Assembly: GCF_006345805.1 (NCBI RefSeq) | Contig: NW_021823856.1 | Span: 1 to 21,374, forward strand | Origin: Octopus sinensis | Taxonomy: Eukaryota | DNA: 21,374 nt | Direction: 5' to 3' | Shown: positions 1 to 8,533 of the stretch, piece after piece | How the letters are laid out: every line of letters begins with the position of its first letter | Numbering within the stretch: position 1 is the first letter of the stretch | Position numbers and translations under genes: made by a program | The notes under the pieces: model-generated | Database searches by the model: none | Told to the model about the DNA's origin: nothing | Seen by the model: only the letters and a program-made list of their open reading frames with translations

Positions 1-106
1 AGGCTTTGGTCGGCCCGACACTATAGTAGAAGACATTAGCCAGAGATGCCACGCAGTGGGACTGAACCCGGAACGATGTGATTGGTAAGCAAGCTGCTTA
101 CCACTC
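1..106 (-). mobile_element. tRNA-derived SINE family A, 5' head (runs off the window start)
   Basis: Reverse complement aligns with the + copy at 19167-19290 (GTGGTAAG..GCTTGCTTACCAA..GGTTCAGTCCCACTG..TCTTCTACTATAG..GGGCCGACCAAAGCCT); A-box and B-box-like motifs present. Confidence 0.9.
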
Positions 107-276
107 ATATAAATGGATCTCCGTCGGTTTTTGACCATGAATATTCAGTCGCTTGATCAATTAATTACCCCTCCTCCAATATATTAAGAAGTTTTAAATC
201 ATCATCTGTTCTCCTCAGGGGTAAATGTCCTTGGTAGGGGGACGGTTATTGTTCATGGGGGTAAATGTCCTAGACT

Positions 277-347
277 CGCCCTAGGTGCCACGCAATGGGA
301 CTGAACCCGGATCCGTGCGCTTGGGAAGCAGTCGCCTTAACACACAA
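277..347 (-). mobile_element. SINE family A head fragment, diverged
   Basis: GGTGCCACGCAATGGGACTGAACCCGG matches 47-70 and the reverse complement of the 19167 copy. Confidence 0.8.
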
Positions 348-525
348 CAGTGCCAGGACCTAGATGTGTGTCTGTTTTCTGGTGGAGGGTGGGTGGGTAT
401 TTACACTTATTTGCCCTTACCGCACCTCTTCCGTTAAACGCATCATGTTGCCCTTCACTGGTTGTTCGTGTTGTAGTTGTTGTCGTTGTACTCTTATTTA
501 TGAGGCGGTGAATTAACAGAGTCGT

Positions 526-923
526 AAGGCGGCAAGCTGACAGAATCGTTAGCACGCTGGGCGAAATGCTTTGTGGTATTTCGTCTGCCGCTACGTTCTG
601 AGTTCAAATTCCGCCGAGGTCGACTTTGCTTTTCATCCTTTCGGGGTCGTTTAAATATGTACCACTTACGCACTGGGGTCGTTGTAATCGACTTAATCCG
701 TTTGTCTGTCCTTGTTTGTCCTCTCTGTGTTTAGCCCCTTGTGGGTAGTAAAGAAATAGGTATTTCGCCTGCCGTTACGTTCTGAGTTCAAATTCCGCCG
801 AGGTCGACTTTGCCTTTCATCCTTTCGGGGTCGATAAATTAAGTACCAGTTGCGTACTGGCATCGATCTAATCGACTGGCCGCTTACCCCCAAATTTCAG
901 GGCTTGTTCCTAGAGCAGAAAAC
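526..923 (+). mobile_element. Dimeric tRNA-derived SINE family B (left monomer 526-758, 5'-truncated right monomer 759-923)
   Basis: Two internal copies of TACGTTCTGAGTTCAAATTCCGCCGAGGTCGACTTTGC.TTTCATCCTTTCGGGGTCG; flanked by a 15-bp TSD AATTAACAGA(G/A)TCGT at 511-525 and 924-938; same architecture inverted at 3508-3883. Confidence 0.92.
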
Positions 924-1050
924 AATTAACAGAATCGTTAGAGCATCGGAAGAAATGCTTTGTGTTCTGGTTTCAAATCCAGCCGAGGTCATCTTTTCTT
1001 TTCATGTTTTCGTGGTCGATGAAATAAGCATCAGTCAAGTCCTGAGGTCT
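924..1050 (+). mobile_element. Older family B SINE whose head (503-525) was split by the 526-923 dimer
   Basis: ACAGAATCGTTAG..GAAATGCTT..TTCAAATCCAGCCGAGGTC..TTTCAT..GGTCGAT resembles family B; 503-525 AGGCGGTGAATTAACAGAGTCGT continues into it once the insert is removed. Confidence 0.8.
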
Positions 1051-1088
1051 TTTGCCATAATTTGAAATTATTACGAAGTCTGCGAGAT

Positions 1089-1330
1089 GACAGAATCATC
1101 AGCGCGTCGAACAAAATGCTTAGCGGTATTTCTTTTGGCTTTTGACGTTCTAAGTTCAAGTACTGCCGAGGACAATTTTACCTTTCGTTCTTTCAGGAGT
1201 TTAAAAAATAAGTACCTGTTATGTACTGGGGCCAATGTAATCGATTAGTTTCCACATCACAACATTTCAGGCCTCGTGTCTATAACAGAAAGGTAAGGGG
1301 GCGAACTGGCAGAATCGTTAGCACGTCTAT
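1089..1330 (+). mobile_element. Diverged family B SINE (1089-1293) followed by a head-only fragment (1297-1330)
   Basis: GACAGAATCATCAGC..AAAATGCTTAGCGGTATTTC..GTTCTAAGTTCAAG..AATAAGTACC..ACTGGGG..TAATCGA; then GGCGAACTGGCAGAATCGTTAGCACG. Confidence 0.8.
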
Positions 1331-1651
1331 AAGTGATTCTGCCTCAAGACAAATACCGCAATTAATTAGGCTCACCATGATGTACTTGGATTAAGCATTG
1401 TTACACAGATTACTATAATTAATTAATATACGATGATTACGCTATGCTACATCATACTGTACACTAGGTTACGCTACCTCATGCAACACCACTCTACACT
1501 AATACTTTCGTCATTCTATGCTTCTATCCTACACGGCGAGAAGGCCACGTGTGGTCACTCAGTTTGCTTGAAACACCAGCCGTGTCCTCCTGAAGTCATA
1601 TCTTACCGTCTTAAGAGAAGGAAGCAAATTTCGGATAATGTGGTCCTAGAC

Positions 1652-1916
1652 CAGCGGTTCTCAACGGAAACCCTCGAACATCCATCCGGCGGCCCACGAG
1701 CATCCTTCCGGCGGCCCTCGATCAGCCTTTCGGTAGCCTTCGAGCAAACTTCCGGCGGCCCTCGAGCATTCTCCCGCCGGCCCTCGATATTCTTCCTTCT
1801 ATGAATATAATAAATTTTTCTTTAATTTATTTGTTTTACATTTTTGGGATGCGACCCCCTAAAAACATTCCAGGATTGGGATCAGGCCCGGATATTAAAA
1901 GGGCTGAAAATATTTG
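1652..1916. mobile_element. hAT-superfamily MITE (Charlie/Buster-like), 265 bp
   Basis: Left end CAGCGGTTCTCAAC, decayed right end GCTGAAAATATTTG; 8-bp TSD TCCTAGAC (1644-1651) / TCCTAGGC (1917-1924) with central TA. Confidence 0.75.
1663..1794 (+). repeat. Six tandem 22-bp GC-rich units (consensus about TCCGGCGGCCCTCGAGCA.NCC) inside the MITE
   Basis: Units start at 1663, 1685, 1707, 1729, 1751, 1773. Confidence 0.9.
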
Positions 1917-2173
1917 TCCTAGGCATACTATGTCTGAATAAAAAGTGAGATGGTCACAGATGGAACGATTTTGAAACTATGTGTATGTACCTGATCAATT
2001 AGATAGTCTAAGATATTACTTGTTTGAAAAAGGAAGTCAAGATTGAACGCATTTGAAGATAGATGTGCTGGATGAGGGTTGACCTAGGGCTAAACAACGA
2101 CTCACTACGACTACCCTACAGAATAACACGACACAACAACCACAACCACAACAACAGCAGCCAGCAGCAAGTA

Positions 2174-2503
2174 GAGGCGCAATGGACCAATGGTTAGGGC
2201 AGCGGACTCGCGTTCGGAGGATCGCGGTTTCGATTCCCAGACTGGGCGTTGTGTGTGTTTATTGAGCGAAAACACCTAAAGCTTCACGAGGCTCCAGCAG
2301 GGGGTGGTGGCGACCCCTGTTGTACTCTTTCGCTCCAACTTTCTCTCTCTCTTTCTTCCTGTTTCTTGTCCCCGACTTCCTTCGCAACCACTGAGCCTGG
2401 ATGCGCATTCATCCATCCGTCGATGCTCTCGGTGTCGGGGGTTGACCTGCTTTCTCTTCTGCGGGTCTTACGAATAGCAAAGGACCACGTTTCGGACTTC
2501 GCT
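2174..2503 (+). mobile_element. Full-length tRNA-derived SINE family D (tRNA-Arg-like head; resembles the octopus OR-type SINEs from memory)
   Basis: Head GGCGCAATGGACCAATGGTTAGGGCAGCGGACTCGCG..GGTTTCGATTCCCAG with A/B boxes, about 250 bp non-tRNA body, (CAAA)n/(CAG)n tail from 2504. Confidence 0.85.
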
Positions 2504-2562
2504 CAACAAACAAACAAACAAGCAGCAGCAGCAACAGCAACAACAAGCGATATTTCTTGTGA

Positions 2563-2812
2563 TTGTTCGATCTGCTATAAATAACAGCCAAATCCCCCTC
2601 ACATCTCTCACACTGCCATTTTGAAAAATGGAATGACATATTGAATAATGTTATCATCTGAATTAGATGAGGTGGTCGCGGTCGGAAGTAATATGTTTGC
2701 TAATAGGCTTGCTCAATCAGATCTGGCCTGGGGCTACACAACATCAACAACAACAACAACAACAACAGCAACAACAACAAAGACAAAAACGTCGATAACA
2801 ACAACCACAACG
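2563..2812 (+). mobile_element. Family E repeat 3' part ending in a (CAA)n tail (2738-2812)
   Basis: Similarity to 1560-1650 and 2081-2098; the tail motif runs directly into CAA repeats. Confidence 0.5.
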
Positions 2813-3166
2813 ACGGCACTGAATCCCTCAGAATGCAACGCCATTACTATTTCGTGGTGTCATCTGATAAACGATTATTTCAAATGACGTTTTTATTGCA
2901 TGCCACTCTTCCATAGCCTTCCTTCCCAGAATTCCAATGGACGAGAAATAAAACAGCGATAAATATTACTATTTAGTTCATAAAAAAATAATAAAAAAAA
3001 GACAAACGGAATTAAATAAATAAATAGAATAGAGTAAAACACTAAAAAAATTATAAAGAAAAACGATATTTTAAATGAAATAATAATGGTTTGGTAAGGA
3101 AGAGATTTTGAGGATATTCTGTGAGTGTGTGAGGGAAGTGGGGGGGGGGAGCTGTGGCTACTGATG

Positions 3167-3345
3167 GCGCTGCTATAGCTATGTGGTTAAGAAGTTTGCT
3201 TCATAGCTGAATGTACTGGGTTCGATATCCCTGTACAGCCTGAAGGAGGAATCACGAAGAATCAGTCAGGATATCTTTTAAAGAATCTAGAGTTATCAAT
3301 ATTCTCTGAGTGGAGTTTTATAGACGGAAACTATTCGGAATCTCA
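3167..3345 (+). mobile_element. Old family A-like SINE head
   Basis: GCTATGTGGTTAAGAAGTTTGCTTC..GGGTTCGAT and TGAGTGGAG..TAGACGGAAACT correspond to the 19167 copy. Confidence 0.65.
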
Positions 3346-3507
3346 TAGCAACTCTCTTGCTCTCCCCATCTCTCTCTTCCTCTCTCTCACTCTCCATCTC
3401 TCTCGCTTTCTCTCTCTCTCTCTCTAAGCATATATATTTCTTGCGATTCTTTTATTTTTATTTTCCCGTTTATTTTTCACCCTTTGTTTTCTCGTTTCCT
3501 CTCTCCC

Positions 3508-3883
3508 TTTCCTACTCTAGGCACAAGGCCCAAAGTTTTGGAGGGGGGAAGGCCAGTCGATTAGATCGACCCCAGTACGCAACTGGTACTTAAGTTATCG
3601 ATGCCGAAAGGATGAAAGGCAAAGTCGATCTCGGCGAAATTTGAACTCAGAACTTAAGACAGACGAAATACCTATTTCTTTACTACCCACAAGGGGCTAA
3701 ACACAGAGGAGACAAACAAGGACAGACAGATGGATTAAGTGCGTAACTGGTACTTATTTAATCGACCCCGAAAGGATGAAAAGCAAAGTCGATCTCGGCG
3801 GAATTTGAACTCAGAACGTAAAGACTGATGAAATACTGCTAAGCATTTCGCCCGGCGTGCTAACGTTTATGCCAGCTCACCAC
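3508..3883 (-). mobile_element. Dimeric family B SINE, second copy
   Basis: Reverse complement of 526-923 including the identical junction GTAGTAAAGAAATA|GGTATTTCG (3672/3673); 19-bp deletion in the left monomer near 3740. Confidence 0.92.
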
Positions 3884-4059
3884 ACACATATATTAAGTTC
3901 TAACTGTTATGGCGAGGTTGAATTACTATACACACACATGAAGGTGAACCGTGTCCTTTGACCCGCCTAATGCTGAACCATGTCTTGTGCGGTCTGCTTC
4001 TCGAGAAATGTTACTCATGCTTAAGAGAGAGAGAGAGAGAGAGAGAGAAGAAATGAACA

Positions 4060-4205
4060 CAGTACTTGACAGGTATTGTCCCTGAAAGATGAAAACAAAA
4101 GGGTGGCCTGGTCAAGATTTGAACTCATATCACAAAGCGCTCTGGAACGAATGCGACAAAAAGTACTCAAAATGATGTTCTAACGATTCCGCCATTTTGC
4201 TGCTT
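4060..4205 (-). mobile_element. Highly diverged family B SINE
   Basis: CCTGAAAGATGAAA..ATTTGAACTCA..TCTAACGATTCCGCCA. Confidence 0.6.
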
Positions 4206-4781
4206 CCAACACAAAGATTATCTTTTAAACTAGAATCACATGATACACATGATCACATGATCTGTATGAGAGGGAAAGTAACTGGGAAATTATGACGTCA
4301 TTAACCTCATTAAATTAATTAACACCGAAATGAGAAAGATTTCGTTCCTACTGGAAACAATTATTTTTTCCTCAGCTGTATGCACCTGCGTTTCCGATAA
4401 CGGCTTTTTGCTTTCATATAATTACATTTCGCATAGGCACGAGGCCTATTTGACCCCGTCACGACGGTCATATTGTTCTCCAGGTTGTTTTCACGACGAA
4501 TGTATTTTCAGAAATGCACGAACACCAACAAATCACAATGCTACTGTTCAACATAAATAATGTTAATTTTACTTCTGTGAGAAACCAGTCGATGCAAAAT
4601 GCGGGCGCAGGCATGTTAATATTCTTAAGTTATTACACCTGGGAAAGTAGAGAACAGGGCTGAAAATGTAGCTTAGGATGCGACTAATCTAAAAATGGGA
4701 ACATCATCTAATTTGGTTAAAAACTGAGTTAGTGACAAAGCCTAGAAGTGTCATGAGTGAGTAAACGTTGATCCGCAGAAT

Positions 4782-4992
4782 ATTCTTTTCTACGCACAAG
4801 GCCCGAAATTTTCGGGGAGGGGACCAGTCGATTAGATCGATCCCAGTACGCAACTGATACTTAATTTATCGACCCCGAAAGGATGAAAGGCAAAGACGAC
4901 CTCAGCGGAATTTGAACTCAGAACGTAATGGTAGACGAAATACCGCTAAGCATTTCGCCCGGCGTGCTAATGTTTCTGCCAGCTCGCCGCCC
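4782..4992 (-). mobile_element. Monomeric family B SINE, near full length
   Basis: Head matches the reverse complement of 526-650 and tail matches that of 850-923. Confidence 0.92.
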
Positions 4993-5038
4993 CAATGAAG
5001 GCCGAATATTGATGCTAAAGTGTGCAACATATATTTTG

Positions 5039-5080
5039 TTCTTTTACTGCTTTTAGACATTGGAGTGCGGCCATGCTGGA
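5039..5080 (-). mobile_element. Family A 3' tail fragment
   Basis: TCTTTTAC..GACATTGGAGTGCGGCCATGCTGG resembles 16922-16961. Confidence 0.6.
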
Positions 5081-5174
5081 ATAACTACATATAGTTTCAG
5101 AATCAAAGAAGATAAAATAAAATAAAATAAAAAGGACCAATTCTACCAATTTGCTCTTCTAGAATGATAATTAG

Positions 5175-5328
5175 ATTTATCTAGCCCTGAAATGATAATT
5201 GGTAAAAGGTTACCTCTATGACATTTGAACTCGTGGCTCATTGAACCGGAATACATACCTCAAAGTATTTTGACCGCTATTCTAAATATTCTGTACATTC
5301 GCTGACTAGGAGATGTTGCAAAGCACCA
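5175..5328 (-). mobile_element. Very old family B-like SINE remnant
   Basis: Scattered motifs CCCTGAAATGAT, ATTTGAACTC, GTATTTTG, TCTAAATATTCTG in the expected order. Confidence 0.4.
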
Positions 5329-5599
5329 TCCTTCTCCCTGGGTGTGTAAAGGAGTATGAAACTGAGATTGAAATCACAACCTAAGTCCGTGTTTTCCAGA
5401 AATTTTACTTTCTACCAAACACCATTAGGCATAGACGAAAATTAATGATTGTAAAAGTGACGCTCATTTATACACACACACACACACCCAAAAAAAGTTC
5501 ACATACAAATGAAACTAGAAAGTTTATGGACGTTTATATTTAATACTAGTAACATGATTCTCAAAGAAGATAGTTACGAAGTTATAGAGTAAACGTATT

Positions 5600-5624
5600 A
5601 CGTTTCGGACATTCACCTTCTTCA
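5600..5624 (-). ncRNA. Decayed minimal hammerhead-ribozyme-like motif (Penelope-like-element type)
   Basis: Minus strand ATGAAGA-A-GGTGAATGTCC-GAA-ACGT-A-ATA; C3 is lost where it meets the (TA)n tract. Confidence 0.4.
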
Positions 5625-5642
5625 TATATATATATATATATA

Positions 5643-5761
5643 TCACGTGATCACGTGACCGACCAGACCATCAGATGTTGTTACACATCGCTGGAAACAA
5701 TGCATTCGCATTGTTTTAGCCTTCGAATGACGCCACCCCGCTGGCTAAGCAAGCAGGCCAA
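5643..5761 (-). mobile_element. Family F repeat (probable SINE/LINE 3' tail ending in CACGTGAT octamers), between two (TA)n tracts
   Basis: Colinear with 7855-7894 + 8155-8225. Strand is inferred from the octamer repeat abutting (TA)n and from recalled octopus SINE sequence. Confidence 0.75.
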
Positions 5762-5814
5762 TATATATATATATATTTATTTATAGGCACGTATATGTAT
5801 ATAAATATATAATG

Positions 5815-6016
5815 ATTTCAAATTTCGGTACAAGACCAGTAAGTTCGTGGGTGGGGTTGAGTCGATTACTACGACCACAATGCTCAACTGGTACTTAGTT
5901 TATCGACCTCGAAAGGTAAAGTCGATGTCGGAGGAATTCGAACTCAGAGCGTAAAGAGAGACGAAATGCCGCTGAGCATTTCGATCGGCTTGGTAACGAT
6001 TCTGCCAGCTCGCCCC
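5815..6016 (-). mobile_element. Older family B variant SINE
   Basis: GTCGATTAC..CAACTGGTACTTA..TATCGACCTCGAAAGG..GAATTCGAACTCAGA..AAGCATTT-like..ACGATTCTGCCAGCTCGCC. Confidence 0.85.
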
Positions 6017-6017
6017 C

Positions 6018-6018
<1 letters not shown>

Positions 6019-6079
<61 letters not shown>

Positions 6080-6108
6080 ATCTATCTATCTATCTACCTA
6101 CTACCTAC

Positions 6109-6177
<69 letters not shown>

Positions 6178-6394
6178 ACGATCCTTTTTGATCCCCTTTT
6201 CTTTACCACGATCCCTTTTGATTGGAAATTTATTTTCTCCTCCTTTTTTGTCTATTTTCAAAAAGAAAAGCTCTACATTGTATTTTGTCCCCTCTGTGTT
6301 CGGCCTTGTGTAGCTAATAAAGAAACTTATCTATCTATCTATCTATCTACCTATCTATCTACCTATCTATCTACCTATCTACCTATCTGTCTAC

Positions 6395-6449
<55 letters not shown>
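6019..6449 (+). repeat. (TATC)n array split by an insertion at 6178-6326
   Basis: TATC/TACC repeats at 6019-6177 and 6327-6449. Confidence 0.95.
6178..6326 (+). mobile_element. Family C: 3' end of an L1/Tx1-like non-LTR retrotransposon
   Basis: Matches 12485-12630 (ACGATCC..TTGATC, AAAAAGAAAAGCTCTAC, TCTGTGT..GCC.TGTG..GCTAATAAAGAAAC); AATAAA at 6316-6321. Identity as Tx1-like comes from the ORF2 remnant attached to the second copy. Confidence 0.75.
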
Positions 6450-7440
6450 AGTTTATATGCGTACATAAAAATTGGAACAGACATATCTATACATGCGTAT
6501 ATACTTATATATATATACACCCATATACACACATGTAAGAGTGTATATGATCAGTATCTCACTTCCTTTTTTTCTTTCTTCTTTCTCTCTTCATTTTCAT
6601 GGTGTGACTTCATTTGTAAGAATAAACTAAAAAGGAAAGCAAATGAAAGAAATAAAAGATAAACATAATGAAGAATACAATACCAAAAACAACAACAAAA
6701 AAGATTATGGTAATTTTCAAACTAAGATATCAACAAAATCCTATATTACCAAACGGAAGATACAAAAACAACAGAAATAAAATACAAAAAAAAAAAAATA
6801 ATAAACAAGGCAAAGGTAAAACAAGAAGTGCAAGAAAATGATTGGAGAGCGATTTAGAGGGAGAGCATGAGGAAATATTAGAGAGACGGTAAAAAGAAAA
6901 CGAAACGTTAAGAAAGAAAGAATATGGCGGAAAAGGAAAATCTGGCGCGAAGTGAGACTGGACTAATGTGAAATAATCAGCTATTTATTGGATGTTAATG
7001 GCGTTCAAAGCAATCGTATTTGGCAGTTATTTCGCATCTAAATTTCTCCGTTCATTATTACTATGTTGAACGTAATAAATATAATACAACATGCGACGTG
7101 TGATAGATTTGTCAAGGATACTTTTCCCAATTCAGTGATATATAATTCTCACACTCTGCGCCCTGCTTCGCTCGTCTTCTCCATTCGTTCGTTCAACTAT
7201 CTTTCTCTCGCTCTCTTTCTCTCTCCCCCCCTCTCTCTCTCTCTCTCTCCCTATTTCTCCATTTTCCTCTGAAGAATCTTGTCACGATTGAGTTAAATTG
7301 TTGCATGCCTTCTTTCTCTCTTAGTACCTCTCTCATCCTCATCAACATAATATATATATATATGTTTGTGCTTGTTTGTTTGTGTGTGTTTTAACGCGCG
7401 CGTGTGCGTATGTGTATGCGTCTATATGTATGTGTATTAT

Positions 7441-7453
7441 AAGTATATATATA

Positions 7454-7526
<73 letters not shown>

Positions 7527-7556
7527 CATATACATATATATATATATATATATATT
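7441..7556. repeat. Long (TA)n microsatellite within a TG/TA/TC compound tract (about 7350-7680)
   Basis: Directly visible. Confidence 0.95.
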
Positions 7557-7752
7557 TGTGTGCGCGTGTGTATGTGTGTGTGCGTTTCTTTCTCCTTTTC
7601 TCTCTCTGTCTCTCTCTCTATATATATGTATATACATATATACATATGAATATATATACATGTGAATATATATATACGTACACTTACGCTACATAAACAA
7701 TCACGTGATTTCAGTTTCTGTTTTGATACATGGAACTTCATGCATATCTGTT

Positions 7753-7788
7753 CTCATAGTTTCGGGCCGCCGACCAATTCCTCAACAG
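7753..7788 (-). ncRNA. Degenerate hammerhead-like core
   Basis: Minus strand TTCT-CTGTTGA-GGAATTGGTCGGCGGCCC-GAA-ACTAT-G-AGAA; TTCT/AGAA could form stem I, but A6 and position 17 are non-canonical. Confidence 0.3.
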
Positions 7789-7854
7789 AGAAATTGAGTG
7801 ATGAAAAAGTAGAAAATGTGCGGAAACCTGTCGTACACACGCACACACACACAC

Positions 7855-8263
7855 ATCGCGTGATCGACATGACTATCGGATGTCGTTATATATATGTTGT
7901 GGCGGACGCCCCCTGGCGAGAATTGGGCTGGTCCACTACTAATAAATAGTGGTCTGACCCAGTCAGTAGGGTCTGTCGCTGAAGGTAACGCCGTTCGGAC
8001 CAGTCCCGTAGAGGGGACGAAATACGTCGTCATCATGGGGCATATCAGTTGCATTGGGGATTATAAGCAAAAATATAAACAAACGGTTGAAGGAGATTGA
8101 AAAAGAATGTCTTGTAGAGTTTCGAAAGAAAGTTTGCTTCTTAGAGACATATCAATATCGCTGGTCACTATGCGCTTTAGCTTTCGAATTATGCCACCGT
8201 GCTGGCTAGGCAAGCGGGCCGACATTCCCTCGGATTGGAGACCTAGTCCGTCACAGGGTTACC
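7855..8263 (-). mobile_element. Older family F element split by a 260-bp insertion
   Basis: 7855-7894 and 8155-8225 align to 5650-5761; removing 7895-8154 and one TSD gives GTCGTTATATATCGCTGG versus GTTGTTACACATCGCTGG in the intact copy. Confidence 0.8.
7895..8154. mobile_element. Probable solo LTR (260 bp)
   Basis: TGTTGTG...ACATATCA ends (TG..CA, imperfect inverted termini), 5-bp TSD ATATA/ATATC (4/5), clean insertion into the family F host. Confidence 0.6.
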
Positions 8264-8431
8264 TATTTACAAAATGTGCCAAATCTCTCTAAGCAGTATT
8301 TCAAGCTCTGTTTATGCGTTATATATATTTCAAAAACTAGGACGCTGGACATTGAAAAAATAAGAAAAAAAAATACAAAAAAAACATAGAGGAAAAACGC
8401 CAAGATGGGAGATGCAAAACATGGAGCGAGA

Positions 8432-8462
8432 ATGTATGTATGTATGTATGTATGTATGTATG

Positions 8463-8496
<34 letters not shown>

Positions 8497-8502
8497 TGTA
8501 TG

Positions 8503-8533
<31 letters not shown>

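Larger units (their letters stand above)
1545..1970 (+). mobile_element. Old interspersed repeat (family E, SINE-like) interrupted by the hAT MITE
   Basis: 1560-1650 resembles 2563-2660 (TGCT..AAA.A.CAGCC..TCC..GGAA..ATT.GATAATGT); sequence resumes after the MITE at 1917. A tail-like motif GACCTAGGGCTAAACAAC (2081-2098) matches GGCCTGGGGCTACACAAC (2725-2742). Confidence 0.5.

Noticed and set aside
117-170. Possible decayed 3' end of another SINE (CTCCGTCGGT...)
   Set aside because: Only about 10 bp match a recalled sequence and there is no second copy in the window.
2174-2246. Possible tRNA-Arg gene
   Set aside because: The acceptor stem does not pair and the head continues into a long SINE body; it is a SINE head.
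4330-4560. 76-aa ORF with internal splice-acceptor-like sites
   Set aside because: No recognisable domain and no matching donor or neighbouring exon; cannot be supported.
7983-8022. Twister ribozyme resemblance (TAAC..CGG..CCCG..GAGGGG)
   Set aside because: Lacks the conserved L4 sequence (UCCCAAGC-like) and P1/P2 pairing.
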